Shown here piece after piece: positions 57,155-64,000 of a stretch of 64,000 nt of DNA. Location of the stretch: the NCBI GenBank assembly GCA_963822445.1, contig CAWGHO010000002.1:1248001-1312000 (forward strand), written 5' to 3'. The notes under the pieces were generated by a model, which was not told the DNA's origin, ran no database searches, and saw only the letters and a program-made list of their open reading frames with translations. Both the position numbers and the translations under genes were made by a program. The DNA is from an uncultured Acidobacteriota bacterium. Lineage in GTDB: Bacteria > Acidobacteriota > Thermoanaerobaculia > Gp7-AA8. The first letter of the stretch is position 1; every line of letters starts with the position of its first letter.

Positions 57155-58441
57155 CTATCTGCGTTCTGAGACGATCGAGCCGGCAATAACGCTTCGCAGG
57201 ATGGCGCGGTCATCGCCCATGAAGATCAGCCCGGCCAGGAGATCCTCGAGCGACGAAGCCCGTTGCGTCCGCATGGACAGGAGCGGCGTGGCGTTGAGAT
57301 CGATGATCAGGAAGTCGGCCGATTTGCCCGGCTCCAGGCTGCCGGTCTCGACCGCAAGGGACAGCGTTTTCGCGCCGCCGAGCGTGGCCAGGTACCAGAG
57401 GTGGAACGGGCTCAGTGACACGCCCTGAACCTGCTGGACTTTGTACGCGTCAGCCATGGCGTTGAAGAGCGACGGGGTCGTCCCCGCACCGATGTCGCTC
57501 CCCAGCCCCACGATCACCTCGGCCTCGAGCACACGATGCAAGGGAAAGAGTCCGCTGCCGAGGAAGAGGTTCGAGTTGGGGCAATGGGAAATGCGTGCGC
57601 CGCGGCGCGACAGGAGGTCGAGCTCCTCCGGCGTCAGCCAGACGCCATGCGCGAGCACGGTCTTGTCGTCGAGCAGGCCATAGCGGTCGTAAACATCCGC
57701 GTATTCGGCCTCCGGGAAGAGCTCCTGGACCCAGCGCACTTCGGCCTTGTTCTCGGAGATGTGCGAGTGCACCCAGGCGCCGGGAAACTCTCGTTTCAAC
57801 GATCCGGCCGCGTCGAGGAGCTCCGGCGTCGACGTCGGTGCGAAGCGCGGCGAGATCGAGTACCGAAGCAAACCGCGGCCGTGCCATTTGCGCAGCAACG
57901 CGCGGCTGTCGTCGTACGACTTCTGCACCGAGGTGTCGAGCAGATACTCCGGCGCGTGACGATCCATCATCGTCTTGCCGATGATTCCGCGGAACCCGCG
58001 GCGCTCCGCTTCCTCGAAAAAGATGTCGGTCGCTTCGAAGTGGATCGTGGAGAAGATCAGCGCCGTCAGCGTGCCGTTGCGAAGCAGTTCGTCGTAGAAC
58101 GCTTTCGCGACTTTCCGCGCGTGAACCGGATCTTCGAACTGCTTCTCGGTGGGGAAGGTGTAGCGATTGAGCCACTCCAGCAGATGACCGCCGTACGAAC
58201 CGATCATCTCGATCTGCGGCGCGTGCAGGTGGGTGTCGATGAAGCCGGGCGTGATCAGCGCCGTGGAACCTAGCTCGAAGATCTCGCCGTCGGGATGTTC
58301 GGACCACTCGCCGATCGATCGAATGCGGCCCATGTCGTCGACGGCGAGATAGCCGTCTTCGAAATAGCGGTAGGACGAGGTGATCTCGTTCGAGAACGGA
58401 TCGGACAGCGGGGTGAAGATCCGGGCGCGGTAGATCTGCAC
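57155..58441 (-). CDS. guaD: Guanine deaminase
   Basis: PGFIDTHLHAPQ, LLEWLNRYTFP, PRFAPT, HISEN, HCPNSNLFLGSG, GSDIGAGT. Confidence 0.93.
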   Translation of the reverse strand: MQIYRARIFTPLSDPFSNEITSSYRYFEDGYLAVDDMGRIRSIGEWSEHPDGEIFELGSTALITPGFIDTHLHAPQIEMIGSYGGHLLEWLNRYTFPTEKQFEDPVHARKVAKAFYDELLRNGTLTALIFSTIHFEATDIFFEEAERRGFRGIIGKTMMDRHAPEYLLDTSVQKSYDDSRALLRKWHGRGLLRYSISPRFAPTSTPELLDAAGSLKREFPGAWVHSHISENKAEVRWVQELFPEAEYADVYDRYGLLDDKTVLAHGVWLTPEELDLLSRRGARISHCPNSNLFLGSGLFPLHRVLEAEVIVGLGSDIGAGTTPSLFNAMADAYKVQQVQGVSLSPFHLWYLATLGGAKTLSLAVETGSLEPGKSADFLIIDLNATPLLSMRTQRASSLEDLLAGLIFMGDDRAILRSVIAGSIVSERR

Positions 58442-58467
58442 TGGGTCGATTGTACGTGCCGCGCGGC

Positions 58468-59403
58468 CTATAAGCCGGGGATCTCTTCTTCCGGCTTGCT
58501 GGAGTGCGTGAGCTTCTCCAGGACCATGGCCTTCGTCGTGACGACCACTACGTCATCGGGATTGCCGAGCTGCTCGAGGGCGTCGCTGAGGGTCATGGAA
58601 GACTTCGTGACCGACTCCATGAACGTCGGCTCGGCGGGCGGCTCCGGCGGAAGCATCGACATCTGCTCGACCGGCGGTCGGCGCCGCGCGAGGCGCTCTT
58701 CGGCCTCGCGGAAATTTGGCTCGAACTGCAAGAGCGTCGGCTCGAGCTTGTTGTAAAGCTCGCAGGTCGCGCGCACGTCCTCGAGGCAGTAAATGGCGAT
58801 ATCCTCGTGACGGCCCGCGCGGTACATCGTCTCCACCGAACGGCCGTCCATGCCTTCCGTCTTCGAGCTGACCACGCCGAACGACTTGCAGGCCAGGTCG
58901 AGATTGAAGCGCATCTGCCGCGGATTGATCGTGCCGTTGAAATTCAGCACTTCGCGGATGTCGCAGTTGGGATGGAAGCGATAGCGGTTTCCAATGAGAT
59001 CGCGCGTCGGCGGCACGCCGTTGATCGCGGACCGGATCATCAGAAAGGGTCCGTCGAACTGGCGGCCATTGAAGGAAATGAAGCGGTCCTCGCGATCGAG
59101 GTAATCCCAGAATTTCTCGAGGATCTGTTTCTCGCTGCCGGAGATCAGCGTGCGGTTGCCGTCCTTCCGCGTGATCACCTCGTTCTGCCCCGGAACCTCG
59201 TACATCGCACAGGAGCGGCCGGTTTCCGCATTGACGACGCCGATGGCCACGATTTTTCCGGTGAAGGGGGACAGAGCGCCGCGGCGCTTCTCTTCCTCCG
59301 CTTCGGCCTCATTCATTCCTTTGATGAGGTATTCGCGGACATAAGGGTCGTGCTCTTCCCACGGAGTCCCGACGGTCTCGATATCGATGACGAGTTTTTT
59401 CAT
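58468..59403 (-). CDS. PolB-like 3'-5' exonuclease (RNase H-like)
   Basis: DIET, FNGRQFDGPF, YCLEDV (DEDDy). Confidence 0.88.
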   Translation of the reverse strand: MKKLVIDIETVGTPWEEHDPYVREYLIKGMNEAEAEEEKRRGALSPFTGKIVAIGVVNAETGRSCAMYEVPGQNEVITRKDGNRTLISGSEKQILEKFWDYLDREDRFISFNGRQFDGPFLMIRSAINGVPPTRDLIGNRYRFHPNCDIREVLNFNGTINPRQMRFNLDLACKSFGVVSSKTEGMDGRSVETMYRAGRHEDIAIYCLEDVRATCELYNKLEPTLLQFEPNFREAEERLARRRPPVEQMSMLPPEPPAEPTFMESVTKSSMTLSDALEQLGNPDDVVVVTTKAMVLEKLTHSSKPEEEIPGL

Positions 59404-59419
59404 TGGGGAGGGGGCTATT

Positions 59420-60349
59420 TTACGCCGGGGTCTTCAACTTCTCGAACAACTCCAGCACCGCGTTTGCCGAGTTCTGCAGTGCGGCCGCTTCTTCCTGGGT
59501 GAGTGTGATCTCGATGATCTGCTCGATGCCGTTGCGTCCAAGCTTCACCGGAACGCCCACATACAGATCATTGAAGCCGTACTCCCCCTGTAAGAACGCC
59601 GCGCAGGGGAGAATCTTCCGCTTGTCCTTGAGAATCGCTTCGACCATCTCCACTGAAGACGCACCGGGCGCGTACCAGGCGGAGGTCTTGAGGAGGTTGA
59701 CGATCTCCGCGCCGCCGTTGCGGGTTCGATCGACGATCGCGTCAATGCGCTCTTTCGAAATGAGCTCGGTGATGGGGATTCCGGCGACCGTCGAGTAACG
59801 TGGAAGTGGAACCATGGTGTCGCCGTGGCCGCCGAGGACGAAGGCGTGGGTGTTCTCGACGGAGACGTTCAGCTCCATGGCGATGAACGCGCGCATGCGG
59901 GCCGAGTCGAGCACGCCGGCCATGCCGATCACGCGCTCGCGGGGGAACTTCGAAACGCGGCGCGCGACTTCGCACATGGCGTCGAGCGGATTGGAGACGA
60001 CGATGAGGATCGCGTTCGGCGAGCGCTTCGCGACCTCGCTGGTCACGCCGGCGACGATCTCTTCGTTCTTCCAGAGAAGATCGTCGCGGCTCATGCCCGG
60101 CTTCCGCGGCAGGCCCGCGGTAATGACCACGACGTCCGAGTCCTCGGTGCCGTCGTAGTTGTTCGTGCCGCGCAGGATGGAGTCGTATTTCTCGACAGGC
60201 GCGGTCTCCATCATGTCGAGCGATTTGCCCTGCGGCACGCCCTCCACGATGTCGACCAGGACGACGTCGGCAAGTTCTTTGAGTGCGATGCCCTGAGCTA
60301 CAGTCGCGCCGACATTTCCGGCGCCAACGACGGTGACTTTCGTTTTCAT
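59420..60349 (-). CDS. mdh: Malate dehydrogenase (LDH-like)
   Basis: [29 protein letters not shown]. Confidence 0.96.
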   Translation of the reverse strand: MKTKVTVVGAGNVGATVAQGIALKELADVVLVDIVEGVPQGKSLDMMETAPVEKYDSILRGTNNYDGTEDSDVVVITAGLPRKPGMSRDDLLWKNEEIVAGVTSEVAKRSPNAILIVVSNPLDAMCEVARRVSKFPRERVIGMAGVLDSARMRAFIAMELNVSVENTHAFVLGGHGDTMVPLPRYSTVAGIPITELISKERIDAIVDRTRNGGAEIVNLLKTSAWYAPGASSVEMVEAILKDKRKILPCAAFLQGEYGFNDLYVGVPVKLGRNGIEQIIEITLTQEEAAALQNSANAVLELFEKLKTPA

Positions 60350-60367
60350 GGCGGCGGATTCTATCTG

Positions 60368-61993
60368 ATGCTCAGCAAGTTCACCGTGACGGCCAACGCC
60401 ATCGCAAGTACCACGAAAAAGAGCGAAAAAGAGCGGATTCTGGCCGACTTCCTGCGCTCGCTCGACGACGCTTCGCTGGAGCGGGCGGTGGTGTTTTTCT
60501 CGGGCTCGCCGTTCCCGCGGCGCGAGGAGCGGGTGACCGGCGTCGGCGGCGCGACGATCGGCGACGCGGTGGTCGAAGCGACAGGCCGCACTCACGAGGA
60601 AGTGTGGGAAGCGTGGCCGAAGTACGCCGACCCGGGCGACACCATCGCCGAGTCGTTTCCCATCGATCCGTCGCGGGACATCACGCTGTCCGAAGTCGCT
60701 GAGTATTTCGAGCGGCTGGCGGCGACTCAAGGAGCAACAGCCAAGAAGGACCTGCTCGCGGAGCTCCTTCGCAAAGTCGATTCGCAGGGCGCGCGGTACG
60801 TCGTAAAGATCCTCACGCGCGAGCTGCGCATCGGACTGGTCGAAGGTCTGGTGGAGTCGTCGATCGCCAAGGCCTTTGGACGAAAACTGGCCGCGGTGCG
60901 GCAGGCGAACATGTTCACCGGCGACATCGGTGCGACCGCTCTCCTGGCGAAGAGCGACGCGCTGGAGTCGGTGAAGATGGCGCTCTTCACGCCGTTCGCG
61001 TTCATGCTCGCGCAGCCGGAAGAGGATCCGGCGGAGATCGTCGCCGCCCTCGGCGCCGACGCGCTGGCCGACGACAAGTACGACGGCATCCGCGCGCAGA
61101 TTCACACCGACGGCAACGAGGTCCGCATCTACTCGCGGACGCTCGACAACGTCACTCATCGCTTTCCCGAGCTGGAGACGGCGGCCAAGGCGATCGGCCG
61201 CAGCGCGATTCTCGACGGCGAGATCGTGGCGTTCAGCGATCGCATCCTTCCATTCGCGATCATCCAGAAACGGCTCGGGCGGCGGCAGGTCGGGGAGAAG
61301 CTGCTCAAGGACGCGCCGGTCGTCTACTTTGCGTTCGACCTGCTGTATCTCGATGGGGAGCCGTTGTTCGAGGTGCCGTTGCGCGATCGACTGGAGAAGC
61401 TGCGCGATTTAGTCGGCGGCGGTGCAATTCGCCCTTCCGATCAATCACCCATCAGAGACGCCCAACACGTCGACGAGCTTTTCGACGCCGCCCGCGCACG
61501 CGCCAACGAGGGCCTGGTCGTCAAAGACCCCAATTCGATCTACACGCCGGGGCGCCGGGGCAAATCCTGGCTGAAGTACAAAAAAGCGCTGGCCACGCTC
61601 GATTGCGTGGTCACGTACGCGCAGTGGGGCAACGGCAAGCGCCGCGCGGTGCTGTCCGATCTCACCTTTGGCGTCCTCCGGGACAGCGAGATCGTGAACA
61701 TCGGCAAGGCCTACTCCGGCCTGACCGACGTCGAGATCGCCGAGATGACGGAGCATTTCAAGAAGACGACGATCGAGGTGCACGGGCCGGTGCACCAGGT
61801 CCAGCCGACAGTCGTCCTGGAGATCGCCTTCGACCGGATCCAGGAGTCGAAACGCCACAAAGCGGGCTACGCGCTGCGGTTTCCGCGGATCGTCCGCATC
61901 CGCGACGACAAGTCCGTGGACCAGATCTCAACAATTGACGAAGTTCGCCGTATCTACGAGGGCCAGTTGATTCGCGAAGGCCAGAAGGACTGA
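60368..61993 (+). CDS. ATP-dependent DNA ligase
   Basis: KYDGIRAQ adenylation motif, LDGE, FDLLY, EGLVVK, LRFPR. Confidence 0.93.
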   Translation: MLSKFTVTANAIASTTKKSEKERILADFLRSLDDASLERAVVFFSGSPFPRREERVTGVGGATIGDAVVEATGRTHEEVWEAWPKYADPGDTIAESFPIDPSRDITLSEVAEYFERLAATQGATAKKDLLAELLRKVDSQGARYVVKILTRELRIGLVEGLVESSIAKAFGRKLAAVRQANMFTGDIGATALLAKSDALESVKMALFTPFAFMLAQPEEDPAEIVAALGADALADDKYDGIRAQIHTDGNEVRIYSRTLDNVTHRFPELETAAKAIGRSAILDGEIVAFSDRILPFAIIQKRLGRRQVGEKLLKDAPVVYFAFDLLYLDGEPLFEVPLRDRLEKLRDLVGGGAIRPSDQSPIRDAQHVDELFDAARARANEGLVVKDPNSIYTPGRRGKSWLKYKKALATLDCVVTYAQWGNGKRRAVLSDLTFGVLRDSEIVNIGKAYSGLTDVEIAEMTEHFKKTTIEVHGPVHQVQPTVVLEIAFDRIQESKRHKAGYALRFPRIVRIRDDKSVDQISTIDEVRRIYEGQLIREGQKD

Positions 61994-62001
61994 AAACGAC
62001 C

Positions 62002-62193
62002 ATGCCCCTGTATCGCTCTCGTCGCTATCGAATGCTCGCCGGAGTCTGCGGCGGACTCGCCGAATGGCTCGGCTGGAGCCCGACCTGGGTCCGCATTCTG
62101 TTCGTGCTGATCTCGATCCTCTCGGTCGCGTTCCCGGGGATCATCGTTTACATCATTCTGTGGGTGGTGATGCCGAACGCGCCGAGGCAGTAG
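62002..62193 (+). CDS. PspC-domain protein
   Basis: LYRSR..MLAGVCGGLAE...YIILWVVMP. Confidence 0.92.
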   Translation: MPLYRSRRYRMLAGVCGGLAEWLGWSPTWVRILFVLISILSVAFPGIIVYIILWVVMPNAPRQ

Positions 62194-62223
62194 GCGGTAC
62201 GCGCGCCTGCGGCGCGCTCGCGG

Positions 62224-62295
<72 letters not shown>

Positions 62296-62317
62296 ATTTC
62301 GTTATGCTGCGCGGCTC

Positions 62318-63412
62318 ATGGCCGCGGAGACGTTCATCGCCGAGCCCCCGAAAGAGCTGGTGCTCGCCGACGGCTTTCGCTTCACGCACGGCCAGACCAT
62401 CGCCCCATTCACGCTCGTCTACGAGACGTTCGGTGAGCTGAACCCCGATCGCTCGAACGCGATCATGGTCTGCCACGCGCTTTCCGCGAGCGCGCATTGC
62501 GCGGGCAGGTACTCCGAGGATCCGGATGAGAAGCCGGGGTGGTGGGATGGGCTGGTCGGATACGGGAAGCCGATCGATCTGAATCGCTACTTCGTCGTCT
62601 GCGTGAACCTTCCCGGCTCACCGTTTGGCACGACGGCACCGAAGTCGGTCGATCCCGCGACGGGCAAGCCGTATGGCTCGCGCTATCCCTGGCCGACCAT
62701 CGAGGACATGGTCCAGTCCCAGAAAGCAGTCCTCGACCACCTCGGCATCAAGCATCTGGTCGCGATCGCCGGCGGCTCCCTCGGCGGCATGCAGGTGCTG
62801 ATGTGGTGCGCGATGTATCCCGAGTTCGCGGACGCGATCATCGCCATGGCCACCGGCGCCGCCGTCCCCGTCCACGGCATCGCCTGGCACATCCTCGGCC
62901 GCAAGATCATCGAAGCCGATCACTCCTTCAACGGCGGCGATTACTACGATCACGACGATCCGCTGCGCGGCCTGCAGGTCGCTCGGATGCTCGGGCACAT
63001 GACCTACCTCTCCGCGCAATCGCTGCAGCGGAAATTCGGGCGCCGCCGCCGCGGCGAGACGCGGCAGTTCGAGATCGATTCGTACTTCGAATATCAGGGC
63101 CGCAAGTTCGCGACGGCGTACGACGCGAATTCCTACATCCGCGTGCAGGCAGCGATGGACGAGATGGATCTCGAGGAACAGTACGGAACGCTGGAATCGG
63201 CGTTCTCGCGCTGGCGGGGGCGCACGCTCCTGGTGTCGTTCGATACGGACTGGCTCTTTCCGGTCTCGGAAACGGAGCGCGTCGCGGCAGCCATGCGCAA
63301 GCTCGACATCGACGTGCATCACGAGATGCTCTCGTCGCCGAACGGCCACGACACGTTTCTGCTGGATTACGACCTGATCTCGCCGCGGGTGCGGGAGTTT
63401 CTGGGCACTTAG
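62318..63412 (+). CDS. metX: Homoserine O-acyltransferase (MetX family)
   Basis: CHALS, GWWDGLVG, GGSLGGMQ, TDWLFP, GHDTFL. Confidence 0.88.
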   Translation: MAAETFIAEPPKELVLADGFRFTHGQTIAPFTLVYETFGELNPDRSNAIMVCHALSASAHCAGRYSEDPDEKPGWWDGLVGYGKPIDLNRYFVVCVNLPGSPFGTTAPKSVDPATGKPYGSRYPWPTIEDMVQSQKAVLDHLGIKHLVAIAGGSLGGMQVLMWCAMYPEFADAIIAMATGAAVPVHGIAWHILGRKIIEADHSFNGGDYYDHDDPLRGLQVARMLGHMTYLSAQSLQRKFGRRRRGETRQFEIDSYFEYQGRKFATAYDANSYIRVQAAMDEMDLEEQYGTLESAFSRWRGRTLLVSFDTDWLFPVSETERVAAAMRKLDIDVHHEMLSSPNGHDTFLLDYDLISPRVREFLGT

Positions 63413-63440
63413 GGCCTCGCGCGACAGAAACCCACGGAGG

Positions 63441-63490
63441 AGCCGCACGTGCACCGGCCTTGGGCAACCAGCGCCGCCGGCCGTGCCGGC
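63441..63490. repeat. REP-like dispersed repeat, family A
   Basis: AGCCGCACGTGCA...CAACCAGCGCCGCCGGCCGTGCCGGC, similar to 1315-1362. Confidence 0.8.
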
Positions 63491-63804
63491 TAGCGGAAGC
63501 GCTGGTCGGGCTCGCTCAGGAACTCGACGTCTTCGAAGTCCGCGATCCCCGATTCGCCGTCCAGCAATCGAAAGCCCACGGCGATCGTGCCGTCCTCGAT
63601 GCGCTCGGCCTGGATGACGACGACCGGCGTCGGCTCGCCCACTCCTTCTTCGCGCACGATCGCGCAGGCGGGGAGGTCGATCTCGATCGGTTCTCCGCCG
63701 ACCGCGAACACCGCGCGTCCCGCATTCACATCCATTTCCGTGGCGGCGCGGCCTTCGATCGCCGGAGTGTTACGCCACCGTTTCATGTCGATCGGTTCGT
63801 CCAT
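63490..63804 (-). CDS. Hypothetical acidic protein
   Basis: 104-aa ORF filling the gap, typical codon usage. Confidence 0.65.
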   Translation of the reverse strand: MDEPIDMKRWRNTPAIEGRAATEMDVNAGRAVFAVGGEPIEIDLPACAIVREEGVGEPTPVVVIQAERIEDGTIAVGFRLLDGESGIADFEDVEFLSEPDQRFR

Positions 63805-63829
63805 TGCGTTGTGAGTTTAAATGCCGCGG

Positions 63830-64000
63830 ATGCGATTCCTGCTCCTCGTGCTCGCGCTCGTGCTCGTTCGTCCCGCCGCATCGCAGACATGGAATCAGTG
63901 GGCCGGCGGCCCGGCGCACAACGGCACGCTCGACGTCACCGGCCAGCGGCTGACGCGGGAGCTGGCGAACATCATCGTCGACCCGTTCGTGCCGCAGGAG
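63830..64000 (+). CDS. Secreted protein, 3' partial
   Basis: MRFLLLVLALVLVRPAASQTWNQWAGGPAHNG: signal peptide plus a W-x-Q-W-x-G start like PQQ-type propeller proteins. Confidence 0.6.
   Translation, partial: MRFLLLVLALVLVRPAASQTWNQWAGGPAHNGTLDVTGQRLTRELANIIVDPFVPQE

Noticed and set aside
57155-61993. Exonuclease + ligase + deaminase as a defence or mutagenesis system
   Set aside because: The genes are interleaved with mdh, partly divergent, and typical of housekeeping; no mobile or defence context.

Overview
High-GC (~65%), gene-dense bacterial chromosome segment, most consistent with an Acidobacteriota (probably Thermoanaerobaculia-like) genome. That assignment is an inference from gene content. 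About 55 CDS are present: housekeeping (yvcK-glmU, suhB, 3-methyladenine glycosylase, gph-serB-class V aminotransferase-serA, uvrA, guaD, mdh, ATP-dependent ligase, metX), secreted hydrolases (S8, M6, two aspartyl proteases, SLT), an esterase/ATP-grasp/GCS2/amidotransferase cluster and two orphan antitoxins. The strongest signal is a complete ~1.54-kb IS110 element (11603-13143) inserted at a CC core in one arm of a REP-like inverted repeat. Its non-coding left end holds two stem-loops whose loops match this element's own target and donor junctions, i.e. a readable bridge RNA, and its ends would form a TTGACA-17-TATAGC promoter on circularisation. Several REP and short-tandem-repeat families occur, two of them inside the uvrA reading frame. 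Single-base frameshifts in the aminotransferase, uvrA and the OPT gene look like sequencing errors. No rRNA, tRNA or CRISPR array was seen.
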